44,460 nt of DNA from a virus. Its lineage: Duplodnaviria > Caudoviricetes. Of the stretch, positions 1 to 8,229 are shown piece after piece. The number at the start of each line of letters is the position of its first letter. Within the stretch, counting starts at the first letter, position 1. The stretch covers positions 1-44,460 of IMG/VR virus record IMGVR_UViG_3300037462_000270; one strand, 5' to 3'. The notes beneath the pieces are model-generated. The model searched no databases, was not told the DNA's origin, and saw only the letters and a program-made list of their open reading frames with translations. The position numbers and the translations under genes were made by a program.

Positions 1-44
1 TGCCGCCATCGCTCCACCCCCCATGCGGTTTCCACGCGTGGGTC
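1..44. repeat. Terminal direct repeat (left copy), assembly circularity overlap
   Basis: 1-44 matches 44417-44460 at 43/44 positions (C vs A at position 19). Confidence 0.95.
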
Positions 45-169
45 TGTATCCACGCCGCGATCATCAACCGGCGTGGCATAGGGCCGGCGTACGTGGTGCC
101 ACGCATCTCAGACACGACCAGAACCCGCGTCCCATCCTTCGGTGCCGTCTCAATCGGTTGCCATTCCAT
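1..169 (-). CDS. DUF551-like protein, 5' part (continues across the junction into 44361-44416)
   Basis: ATG at 169 right after the upstream stop; MEWQPIETAPKDGTRVLV... joins in frame to ...YPTHWMPLPELP at the window end; both are DUF551 hallmark motifs. Confidence 0.85.
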   Translation of the reverse strand, partial: MEWQPIETAPKDGTRVLVVSEMRGTTYAGPMPRRLMIAAWIQTHAWKPHGGWSDGG

Positions 170-430
170 CTAGTCCTCCCCCATCAGCGCCCGCAGCACC
201 GGCCCGAGGCGGACGGGGCAGGCGCGGGCGATATAGGCGGCGTTCGCCTGCTCAGTGACGGCATCTCGCCGCCCGCTACTGACACCGAAGGCCATGTCTG
301 GGTCCGGTGTTGCCACCAGATACAGCGGCCCGTCGTAGTAGTCCTCCTGCACCTCCCACTCCCCCTCCGTCGTCCCCGCCATCGCGTCGAGCAGGGCGCG
401 GGCGGCGGCGTGGGCGGCTTCGCGGGTCAT
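170..430 (-). CDS. Ead/Ea22-like small phage protein
   Basis: TxGxW...ANAAYIARACP pattern resembling ATPGPW...NAxFIAAA of Ea22-like proteins. Confidence 0.6.
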   Translation of the reverse strand: MTREAAHAAARALLDAMAGTTEGEWEVQEDYYDGPLYLVATPDPDMAFGVSSGRRDAVTEQANAAYIARACPVRLGPVLRALMGED

Positions 431-503
431 AGGAACCCCATTTCACGCCACGTTCGGCGAACCACTTCCCACGCGAACAGCACATCAGACAGGAACGCTC
501 GGA

Positions 504-701
504 TCATCGCTCCACCATCCACTTCATTGGTCCCAGTTCGTCGAGCAACTTCGACAGCGGCCCTTCGCGATCGAGGAAGTTTTCGCAGGCACAGTGCTCG
601 CACTTCTGCACGTACACCTTCTGGCCGCCGCGCTGCTCGGTGCGTGAGCCGTGGCTGTCGCGGTAGTGCCCACATCGGCAGAGAGGCTCAGGGCGGGTCA
701 C
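504..701 (-). CDS. Small Cys/His-rich putative zinc-binding protein
   Basis: CRCGH...H...CEHCAC; start overlaps upstream stop. Confidence 0.6.
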   Translation of the reverse strand: MTRPEPLCRCGHYRDSHGSRTEQRGGQKVYVQKCEHCACENFLDREGPLSKLLDELGPMKWMVER

Positions 702-1258
702 AGCCCCTCCTCCGTCCGCGCCGCGGGCTGGGGCGGGGTGGGCGTGAGGGCGGCGTCAATGCGGGCAAGCACTTCGGCCGCTGGGTCATCAGCGTACTTG
801 TCGGGCCAGCAGGACTCCTGGACGTACGGGCGTGCCGCTTCCAGCGCCTCCCGCACCCGCGCCGTCTTCTCCCGCGCGGCGTCGCGGGCGGCTTCGGCGT
901 CCTTGCGCCCGGTGCGCTCCACGTCGATGGTGTCGAGCAGGTGCTTGACCCGCTCGGTCTGCGCGTAGAGCTGAGCGCCAAGGTCGGCCCGCTCCGCCAC
1001 CAACGCCCGCGTGGCGGCGATCCAGGCGAGGGTGGTGGTGGGGTTGAGGGCGGCGATGTGGGCGGCGTTCTTCCCGGCCTGCACCTCGATTGATCGCACG
1101 CACTGATGCGGGCACAGCGCCACCCAGAAGTCGGCCTCCACCGCAAGGACCATCTGCTGGTCGTTGGCGTCTGTGTCCAGCGACCACGGCCCCGGCGTGG
1201 CCGCCTCCGCCAGCCGCTGGAGGGCGTCGAGGTCGGGGAGCGCGGGCGTCTCACTCAC
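698..1258 (-). CDS. Ead/Ea22-like protein
   Basis: DLDALQRLAEAATPGPW...AAHIAALNPTTTLAWI followed by coiled coil; GTG start at 1258 inferred. Confidence 0.8.
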   Translation of the reverse strand: MSETPALPDLDALQRLAEAATPGPWSLDTDANDQQMVLAVEADFWVALCPHQCVRSIEVQAGKNAAHIAALNPTTTLAWIAATRALVAERADLGAQLYAQTERVKHLLDTIDVERTGRKDAEAARDAAREKTARVREALEAARPYVQESCWPDKYADDPAAEVLARIDAALTPTPPQPAARTEEGL

Positions 1259-1430
1259 CGCCGCGGCCCTCGTCGCCCGCATCCTCGATCAACCGCGCCA
1301 GCTTCTCCCGCTCCCGCACCGCTCGATCCCGACGACGCGCCTGGCGCCAGTTCCACACCGTGTACCCGACCAGGGCGAGCACGGCTGCGACCCAACATCC
1401 CACCAACATCCCGACCATGACAGGGGTCAT
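1251..1430 (-). CDS. Small single-pass membrane protein (59 aa, not in ORF track)
   Basis: MTPVMVGMLVGCWVAAVLALVGYTVWNWRQARRR...; ATGA overlap with upstream gene. Confidence 0.65.
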   Translation of the reverse strand: MTPVMVGMLVGCWVAAVLALVGYTVWNWRQARRRDRAVREREKLARLIEDAGDEGRGGE

Positions 1431-1711
1431 GACGCTCTCCGAATCCGAGAATCCTGCTGTGACTCTGATGACTGCAGACCGAGGGACGCTCGGCCGGTAA
1501 CGGTCAGGCGATAGATGCGAATGGCCTGGCCGGTGGAACGGAAGCCGGCGCCTTCGACGGACACGAGCCCGCGATCGACGGCCCGGCTGAGGACCTTGCT
1601 GGCGGCGTTGGGCGTGTGGCCCTGCGTGCGCGCCCAGGCAGAGACGGCCGAGCCGGAGACGCCGGCGCTGCCTGCTGTGGCGATCCAGATGAGGAGGCGG
1701 TGGCCCGTCAT
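1427..1711 (-). CDS. Winged-helix DNA-binding protein
   Basis: AASKVLSRAVDRGLV...RIYRLTVTGR wHTH-like pattern; ATGA-coupled to the methyltransferase. Confidence 0.6.
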   Translation of the reverse strand: MTGHRLLIWIATAGSAGVSGSAVSAWARTQGHTPNAASKVLSRAVDRGLVSVEGAGFRSTGQAIRIYRLTVTGRASLGLQSSESQQDSRIRRAS

Positions 1712-3093
1712 GCGACCCTCCGCGCTTCAGCCGCGACCTGCGCCAGCCGCGCCGCGATCCAGCGGATGACGGGCACAGTCACGGCGTTCCCGCACTGCTT
1801 GTAGCGAGGCGAGTCAGGGCAGACGCACGTCGCCGTGTCACCCTGCGCCGGGCAGAGGCAGGTCCAGCCGTCAGGGAATCCCTGCAGGCGTTCGCATTCC
1901 AGCGGCGTCAGACGGCGCACGCCCTGCGCCTGTACCGGGATGGAGACGAAGCCGTCGGCGCGGCTGTAGTCGCCTGCGGTCGTCTCAAGACATGGCGCAA
2001 GGTCAGGGACCAGGTTGTCGCTGCCGTCGCCTCTCGGGCTGCTGTGCCCGTGGTGCCCCATGCTGGCCGACAGCGACGACGCGACCTGCAGGTTGTCCAT
2101 GCAGGAGTTGTCCTGCCCGCCCTTGCCCATCGTCGTGGGCAGCGTGGCCGCGATGAACGGCACGCCGCCCGCCTCGTTGCCGTTGCCCGCGCGCAGCGTG
2201 CCCATTGGCCCGACGTTGGACCCGTGACGCTGGAAGACCGCCGGAGTCTGACTCGTGCTCAGGCCGGTCGTCGTGTCGCCGAAGCCGAACATCGTTTTGC
2301 CGCCGCTCTGCCAGTTGAACGCGACGGGAGCCTGCATGACGCCGTGACCCGTCCGGCTGCCCATGTTGGCGGCCAGGGTCGCGGCCGTGTCGTGCATGCG
2401 CAGGCCCGACTGCGACGACTGCCACGCCGTTACGATGTTCTCGTCGTCTTCGCCCCCGCGTCCGGGGACGTTGACGCCAGGCCGCGCAGAGCGTCCTCTA
2501 AGGGTTGCGGCAACACGCGCCCCCGCTTCGCCGCGCGCCGCAGAATCCCGGCCGCCGCGCGACTGCTCAAGTAGAACCGCGGCGGCACGGCCGAACTCGG
2601 CTCCAGCACGGCCGACAATGAACACGCGGCGGCGTCGCTGGGCGACTCCGAAGTACCGGCTGTCCAGAATCCTGTAGGCCCGGTCGTGAAACCCGCACTC
2701 GGCCAGCGTCGCAAGGACGGCGTGAAAGTCTCGTCCTCCGTGAGAGGTAAGGAGCCCTGGGACATTCTCAAGGACCACCCATTCCGGCCGCAGCTCCACT
2801 GCGATCCGCATCAGTTCGTAGAAGAGGCCAGAGCGCCCGCCGTCGAGCCCGGCGCGCTTGCCGGCCACAGAGAGATCCTGGCAAGGGAAGCCGCCGACCA
2901 GCACGTCGACCGGCGTCAGGTTGTGCGCGCCGACCGTTCGCACGTCGTCGAAGATCGGCACGGTCGGCCAGCGATGGCGCAGCACCTTGCGCGCCGCGGC
3001 GTCGGCCTCGACCTGCCACGCGACCGTAAAGCCGGCCTGCTCAAAGCCGAGGTCGAATCCGCCAATCCCGGAGAACAGCGATCCGACCGTCAT
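1708..3093 (-). CDS. C5 DNA cytosine methyltransferase
   Basis: Motifs LFSGIGG (I), GFPCQD (IV), ENV (VI), QRRRRVF (VIII), RRLTPLECERLQGFPD (IX), GNAV (X). Confidence 0.95.
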   Translation of the reverse strand: MTVGSLFSGIGGFDLGFEQAGFTVAWQVEADAAARKVLRHRWPTVPIFDDVRTVGAHNLTPVDVLVGGFPCQDLSVAGKRAGLDGGRSGLFYELMRIAVELRPEWVVLENVPGLLTSHGGRDFHAVLATLAECGFHDRAYRILDSRYFGVAQRRRRVFIVGRAGAEFGRAAAVLLEQSRGGRDSAARGEAGARVAATLRGRSARPGVNVPGRGGEDDENIVTAWQSSQSGLRMHDTAATLAANMGSRTGHGVMQAPVAFNWQSGGKTMFGFGDTTTGLSTSQTPAVFQRHGSNVGPMGTLRAGNGNEAGGVPFIAATLPTTMGKGGQDNSCMDNLQVASSLSASMGHHGHSSPRGDGSDNLVPDLAPCLETTAGDYSRADGFVSIPVQAQGVRRLTPLECERLQGFPDGWTCLCPAQGDTATCVCPDSPRYKQCGNAVTVPVIRWIAARLAQVAAEARRVA

Positions 3094-4022
3094 GCGTTCC
3101 TCACGGTCTCCGCGTCACGGTCGCGGTGCTCGGGCCAGCGGGCGCAGGTGGGCGTGTGGCTGCAGACGAACCGGTGCGGCTTGCCGCGGTAGTCCGGGTC
3201 GGTGACGGCGACCGGCTCCGGCGTCGTGCGTGGCGCCACGCCCCCACCGGTGAGGCCGACGACCTTGACCGGCTTGAGCGTCGTGACGCCCTGCCACTCC
3301 GCGAACCGGGCCCGCCAGAACTGGAGGTTCGTCTCGCCGATGGCGCGGCCGTTGAAGGCCCGTTCGGTCTCGGCGTACCACGCCCGCAGGGCCGCATCGT
3401 CGGGCGTGGCCATCCGCGAAACGAGCTCGTCGTGGAGGAACTGCGGCACGCTGAGGCCCTTGCGAGTGCCCTGCCAGGCGTTGGCCGGGGAGTGCGACCG
3501 CGCAGGCGTCGGGCCCCACGCCGTGACGTCAGGCCCGGTCGGTGGTGTGTGTGTCTCGGGCGCCGGAGGGGCCGATCCCCGTACGACGTCAGACACACTC
3601 TGGGTATCCGATCGGTGATCTGTATCTGCTACTGCTACTGACAGCTTCGCGTTTGCTTGACCGTTTGCTTCCGGTTTGCTTGACGCTTGCTTCGCGCGCG
3701 CAGCAACGCCCGCCTTCCCCGACTCGCTCCGTTTGCTGCTCACGAGTCGAGCCTTTGCTCGTTCCTCTTCTTCCCGCGGGTTGCGTCGCTTGTCGTCGGC
3801 GGAGACGGGCCACTTCGGCTCGAGCTGCGGCCAGATGCCGCGCCAGTCCTTCGGCTCCGCGCCGACCATGCGACGGAGGATCTCCGGATCGGCCGGGACG
3901 CCCTCGTCGAACCACGCCAGGATGAGCAGGTCGACGTAGGCGCCCCGTGCCGCGCAGGTGAGATGCCGCGTGGACGCGAGGTAGTCGCGCCCGTACAGCT
4001 TCATGTAGGGGTTTTCGGCCAT
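3090..4022 (-). CDS. DUF1376/YdaU-like replication initiator
   Basis: N-terminal PYMKLYGRDYLASTRHLTCAARGAYVDLLILAW...NPREEEE; internal iteron-like repeats. Confidence 0.8.
   Translation of the reverse strand: MAENPYMKLYGRDYLASTRHLTCAARGAYVDLLILAWFDEGVPADPEILRRMVGAEPKDWRGIWPQLEPKWPVSADDKRRNPREEEERAKARLVSSKRSESGKAGVAARAKQASSKPEANGQANAKLSVAVADTDHRSDTQSVSDVVRGSAPPAPETHTPPTGPDVTAWGPTPARSHSPANAWQGTRKGLSVPQFLHDELVSRMATPDDAALRAWYAETERAFNGRAIGETNLQFWRARFAEWQGVTTLKPVKVVGLTGGGVAPRTTPEPVAVTDPDYRGKPHRFVCSHTPTCARWPEHRDRDAETVRNA
3651..3737. repeat. Iteron-like direct repeats, putative replication origin
   Basis: GTTTGCTT at 3651, 3663, 3674; GCTTGCTT at 3685; GTTTGCT at 3731; 11-12 bp spacing inside the initiator gene. 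Confidence 0.7.
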
Positions 4023-4024
4023 GG

Positions 4025-4774
4025 CTACGCCACCTCACCAGACAGCAGCGAGCCCTGGCGGAGTCTCTGGACGATGACATCGCAGTAGGCCGGACTGAGT
4101 TCGATCCCGATGGCTTTCCGGCCGAGCCGCTTGGCCGCCACGAGCGTCGTGCCGCTGCCGGCGAACGGGTCAAGGATGATGTCGCCCTGGTCGGTGAAGT
4201 CGGACACAAGGTCGCGCATCAACGACTCAGGCTTCTGCGTCGTGTGGACACGCGGGTCGTTGCCGCCCCGATTGGTGACGATAGGGTGCGACCACACGGC
4301 GTGACGTCCGCCGCCGTTCCACCTCTTTCGCCCCTTTGGATGGCAGATCGTGATGGCTTCGAAGCCGACAGCGGGACGGTCGCCCGTGAACTGCGGCGTG
4401 GCTCCAATCTTGATCCACGCACCAGTTCGGCAGTAGTCCATGCGCTCAGCGACGAGAGCGCCCCGCCAATCCCCCGTGCTTTCGACGTCTGAGAACACAA
4501 GCACCCACCGCCTCACGATGCCGCCGAAGTGGCTGGCGCACACGGCGCGCAGTTCAGGCGAGAGCGACTCGAAGCCGAAGTCAACGGCACGAGAGAAGTC
4601 GGCCGCGCGCCCATCGCCAGCCAGTACACGCGCACCAGCCCTGCTCTTGCCGTGGACGTGCTCGCTGTAGGGCGGGTCGGTGATGATGTGATCGACCTGC
4701 GCCAGCGTCGGCAACACGTCCCGGCAATCGCCGCAGTAGAGCGTCACTGCTTCGTCCTGGTAGAACGGCTGCAT
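4025..4774 (-). CDS. N6-adenine/N4-cytosine DNA methyltransferase (beta class)
   Basis: LYCGDC, ITDPPY, HTTQKP, ILDPFAGSGTT, GIE; ATG at 4774. Confidence 0.92.
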   Translation of the reverse strand: MQPFYQDEAVTLYCGDCRDVLPTLAQVDHIITDPPYSEHVHGKSRAGARVLAGDGRAADFSRAVDFGFESLSPELRAVCASHFGGIVRRWVLVFSDVESTGDWRGALVAERMDYCRTGAWIKIGATPQFTGDRPAVGFEAITICHPKGRKRWNGGGRHAVWSHPIVTNRGGNDPRVHTTQKPESLMRDLVSDFTDQGDIILDPFAGSGTTLVAAKRLGRKAIGIELSPAYCDVIVQRLRQGSLLSGEVA

Positions 4775-4776
4775 GG

Positions 4777-5157
4777 CTACGCCGGCAGCGGCATCTGCCG
4801 CTCCGCCTCCGTCATGCGCTGCGTGCTGATGGTCTCGCCGGTGTCCGTGCGGACCTCGGTGACCGTGGTGGACACGAAGTCGTAGATCGTCTCCACGTCC
4901 GTCGGCCGGTACTCGGCCCCCGAGGAGACCACCAGGGCGAGTTCGGACCGCTTGGCGTTCAGGCTCTCGAGCTTCGCCTTGAGCTGCGCCTTGATCTCCT
5001 TCTGCGTGTCCTCCTCGGCCTCGAAATCCTGCTGCGCCTTCGCCATCGCGTCGGCGCGCTCGAGGCGCTCGTCCCGCGTCAGCAGGCAGCGCATCTGTCG
5101 GGTGTCGATGACGCGCCGCTCCGTGTGCGCGTGGTTCCACTGCTCGTTCTTGCCCAT
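4777..5157 (-). CDS. Hypothetical coiled-coil phage protein
   Basis: ATG at 5157 with GAGG SD; coiled coil then RTDTGE...RMTEAERQ. Confidence 0.7.
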   Translation of the reverse strand: MGKNEQWNHAHTERRVIDTRQMRCLLTRDERLERADAMAKAQQDFEAEEDTQKEIKAQLKAKLESLNAKRSELALVVSSGAEYRPTDVETIYDFVSTTVTEVRTDTGETISTQRMTEAERQMPLPA

Positions 5158-5167
5158 GGCTCGTTCC

Positions 5168-5641
5168 TCAGAAAGGGATGTCGTCGTCGGTGCCAGTGGT
5201 GCCAGGCAAGAAACTGCCGCCGTAGCTTTCGATCGGCGGCCCGCTGGCGTCGAAGGACGGCGGCTGCCACCCACTCCGCAGACGCGCTGCCCATCCACGG
5301 GCCCGCGCGGCGCCCTTGCGGTCATAGACGGCCTTGGGCTTGCCTGCCGCGGTCAGGGCGTTGCTCGCCTCGTTCTTGCGCGCGAAGTAGTCGAGCGTGT
5401 CGGCGAGCATGTCGAGGAACGCGGGCGAGCACTCCGACATGCGCCGCCCCTTCATGGGCTCGCCCGTCCAGTCTCGCGGGCTGACTCGCACCTCTTCGTC
5501 GCCCCACTGGCTGTCGAGGTCGCGATCATCAGCGATGGTCACCGACGCCAACGGCTGCGACGGCGATGTGATCGCGCCGGCCTGCAGCGCGGCGAGGATC
5601 TGTCGCAGCAGCGACAGCGATTCCGACTCGTACGGGGTCAT
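5168..5641 (-). CDS. Hypothetical protein with SSB-like acidic C-terminal tail (DDDIPF)
   Basis: ATGA-coupled to the exonuclease/SSAP gene; ends GTDDDIPF; KGRRMSECSPAFLDML resembles DUF3820-type motif. Confidence 0.75.
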   Translation of the reverse strand: MTPYESESLSLLRQILAALQAGAITSPSQPLASVTIADDRDLDSQWGDEEVRVSPRDWTGEPMKGRRMSECSPAFLDMLADTLDYFARKNEASNALTAAGKPKAVYDRKGAARARGWAARLRSGWQPPSFDASGPPIESYGGSFLPGTTGTDDDIPF

Positions 5642-7170
5642 GCGGCCCTCCCGTCGGTCAGTTCGTCCGGCGTGTAGAGGCCGAAGCAGACTTCGGGGTA
5701 CACCAGGCGCGCGAGCTTGGCCGACGCGCGGGCCACGAGCATGTCGGCCGGGAACGTGCCCCAGCCGCTCTTCTTCCACGCGGCGTCGTCCTTCTTCCAC
5801 GCGGCGCGGCCTTCCTCAATGGTGAACGACAGCGCGATCGGCGGGTCGCCGCGGCGCTTCGTTTCGAAGGTGGCGCGCGTCTCGGTACGCTCGGTGCAGC
5901 GGAAGTACTCGCACGTCGGCGACTGCATGACGAGCGCGCGGATCAGGTCGGCCGAGAGCGTCGGCTTGCCTTCAATGATGTGAATGCTGCGCAGCGACGC
6001 CATCGCCTGCAGGCCGAGCTCACGGCCCGCCAGGACCGTCGCCAGCACCGCCTGGGGCGTGCCGTAGGCCGAGAACTGCCGCGACTCGTGGACCCACTTC
6101 GCGAGCTGCCCCGCCTCGTTCAGCGTGCGCGGCTCGAGCTGCTTGGAGAACTCCACCGGCGCAACCACCGACAGCGCAGACGACTGCGCCGGCGCCGGCA
6201 TCGGCGTCACGTCGGCCATCGGCTTCGGCGCGGGCGCTGGCGGGGCCGGCGCTGGTGAGGGGGCGGGCGACTCGTCGACGACGGTCGCGGTGACGACTTC
6301 GGCAGGCTCGGACATGGCAGGGGCGGAGGTTTCTGGTTCAGCGAACATGGGCGAGGACTCAGCGGGCGCGACCACGCGCGGGCGCCACGCGTCCTCGAAC
6401 GGGAGCGGCACGTCGGTGCGCAGCGTGATGAGCTGTCGCGTCTCGTCGAGGAAGGGCGCGAACTCGAGCAGGGCGTCTGCCACCGCAGGCGTCAGGCCCA
6501 GGGCCCGCGCCGTCAGCGCATCGGCACCCGGACGAAGGTCGGCGTAGAGGGCGTCGAGGGTGCCGAACTTGGCGAGGATGGCCGCGGCCGTCTTCGGTCC
6601 GACGCCCTTCGCGCCCTTGATGTTGTCGGAGGCGTCACCGACCAGCGTGAGGTAATCGCGCATCTGTTCGGGCTTCACGCCGAACTTGGCGAAGACTGCC
6701 GCGTCGTCGATGACCGACCCGTCGCGCAGTGACTTCGCCGTGACGTGCCACCCCACCAACTGCAGGAGATCCTTGTCGGCGCTGGCGATGCTGACGAAGG
6801 TGTCTTCAGCGTCGTCGGCATCCTCGAGCGCGCGATGCACCGCCGTCGAGATGATGTCGTCAGCCTCGAAGCCCTTGACCGACCACACCGGGAAGCCTTC
6901 GGCCTTGAGCGTCTCGCACGCCAGGCCGATCTGGTGGTGCAGCGGCGCCTCCGACGGCGGGCGGTTCGCCTTGTAGGACTCCGACACCTCGTGACGGAAC
7001 GAACGCCCCGAGTCGCAGCACACGACCGTCGCGTCAGCGCCCTGCGCCAGTGACCGCACGCGGGCCACGGTCTGCGTGGCGGTGTAGTTCGGATCAGCCT
7101 CGTTGCCGCTCATCTTGTAGATGGGCACGGCGATGCTGCTGAGATCGATGAGCAAGAGCGTGCGCGACAT
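5638..7170 (-). CDS. 5'-3' exonuclease (PolI-N/FEN-like) fused to RecT-like single-strand annealing domain
   Basis: N-half LLLID, YKANR, EADD, SADKD, GDASDNIKGAKGVGPKTA; Pro/Ala linker; C-half GRELGLQAMASLRSIHIIEGKP...FTIEE...W..FPADMLVARA...YPEVCFGLYTPDEL. Confidence 0.85.
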   Translation of the reverse strand: MSRTLLLIDLSSIAVPIYKMSGNEADPNYTATQTVARVRSLAQGADATVVCCDSGRSFRHEVSESYKANRPPSEAPLHHQIGLACETLKAEGFPVWSVKGFEADDIISTAVHRALEDADDAEDTFVSIASADKDLLQLVGWHVTAKSLRDGSVIDDAAVFAKFGVKPEQMRDYLTLVGDASDNIKGAKGVGPKTAAAILAKFGTLDALYADLRPGADALTARALGLTPAVADALLEFAPFLDETRQLITLRTDVPLPFEDAWRPRVVAPAESSPMFAEPETSAPAMSEPAEVVTATVVDESPAPSPAPAPPAPAPKPMADVTPMPAPAQSSALSVVAPVEFSKQLEPRTLNEAGQLAKWVHESRQFSAYGTPQAVLATVLAGRELGLQAMASLRSIHIIEGKPTLSADLIRALVMQSPTCEYFRCTERTETRATFETKRRGDPPIALSFTIEEGRAAWKKDDAAWKKSGWGTFPADMLVARASAKLARLVYPEVCFGLYTPDELTDGRAA

Positions 7171-7766
7171 TAGCCCACCACCCGATCAGCGGGGCCGTCA
7201 GGGATGGCCGAAAGGATGCGGCGCACTTCGCCAACCGTCGTGCTGTCGTCGGCCCACTGCAGCGTTCGGAGCGTGACCAGCGCGGCAACGTCGATGTGCC
7301 CGACGGGCCGTCCAAAGCTGGCGAGCAGGAGATCGGCCATCCGCAGGCCATCGAGGATCTGTGTCTCGCGTTCCGCCATGGTCTCCGGTCTGGTACCCTT
7401 AAATGGTCTGTGCATCTGGCCCTCCTTGCAGGGCTGTTGTGAGCCGGAACGGTTGCCGCCGTTTCGGCTCGATTCGTCTGTGGGGTCTCTCCCCGCGTCA
7501 CGTCTGGTGCCTGGTGCGTCCTGGGGGACCTGCGCCAGTGGGCGACGTTCCCCGTTGCCCACTGGCGGGATGTCCTCCGGCCAGTCGCGGACGGGATGCG
7601 GCGCGGTGATCGCTTCAGCCACGCAGCGCGTGCAGTAGATCGCGTCGTTGTCGTGCCAGTCCTCCGCCGCCAGCGTCACGTCCCGCCCGCAGCCATCGCA
7701 GGCCAGCGTCAGCGGCGCATCACTGAACTCGCGCGGGTCCTCCGAGGTGTGCCAGGCCGACGCCAT
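7170..7766 (-). CDS. Hypothetical protein with N-terminal CxxC...CxxC
   Basis: CDGC...CTRC; ATG at 7766 overlaps upstream stop; an internal start near 7415 is also possible. Confidence 0.55.
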   Translation of the reverse strand: MASAWHTSEDPREFSDAPLTLACDGCGRDVTLAAEDWHDNDAIYCTRCVAEAITAPHPVRDWPEDIPPVGNGERRPLAQVPQDAPGTRRDAGRDPTDESSRNGGNRSGSQQPCKEGQMHRPFKGTRPETMAERETQILDGLRMADLLLASFGRPVGHIDVAALVTLRTLQWADDSTTVGEVRRILSAIPDGPADRVVG

Positions 7767-7915
7767 CAGATCACCCGCCTTTCGTTGAGGACCGGCGACA
7801 CGCGGAACCGCTGGCAGTCCGGGCACTGGAAACCAACGCCCGCCGACCGCACCGCCCACAACGGCTCGCCGTGATTCCACAGGCGGCACCAGAACGTCAG
7901 CCATCGGCCGCTCAT
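7766..7915 (-). CDS. Small Cys/His zinc-finger-like protein (49 aa, not in ORF track)
   Basis: MSGRWLTFWCRLWNH...CPDC; coupled by overlaps on both sides. Confidence 0.55.
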   Translation of the reverse strand: MSGRWLTFWCRLWNHGEPLWAVRSAGVGFQCPDCQRFRVSPVLNERRVI

Positions 7916-8211
7916 GCCGCCTCCGCATCGACCAGATCGGTCAGGCGACGGACGATCTCCGCGTGGCCCGCAAGGGCATCCGTCCGGTGCGCGTAGGTGA
8001 CCGTGTCGTAGCCCTCGAGCGCGAGCGCGCGTACCAGGTGCTCGGGCGCGTCCACGAGCGTCTCGGCGTGGCCGTACGTCGGCAGCCAGGACGTCATCAC
8101 GCGGACATCAGGACGGATCGTCGATCGACCGATGTCGAGAAGTGAGGCGTCGAAGCGGGACCAGTCGACGGCCGTGACTGCGTCGGCTGTAGGGGTGTGG
8201 AGGTTGTGCAT
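7912..8211 (-). CDS. Hypothetical protein
   Basis: 99-aa ORF, AAGG SD, fits operon packing. Confidence 0.6.
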   Translation of the reverse strand: MHNLHTPTADAVTAVDWSRFDASLLDIGRSTIRPDVRVMTSWLPTYGHAETLVDAPEHLVRALALEGYDTVTYAHRTDALAGHAEIVRRLTDLVDAEAA

Positions 8212-8229
8212 GTCTGTGCCTTTCAGGGG

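Noticed and set aside
5638-7170. Truncated DNA polymerase I pseudogene
   Set aside because: The ORF is intact, has no polymerase or 3'-5' exonuclease motifs, and its C-terminal half is a different domain
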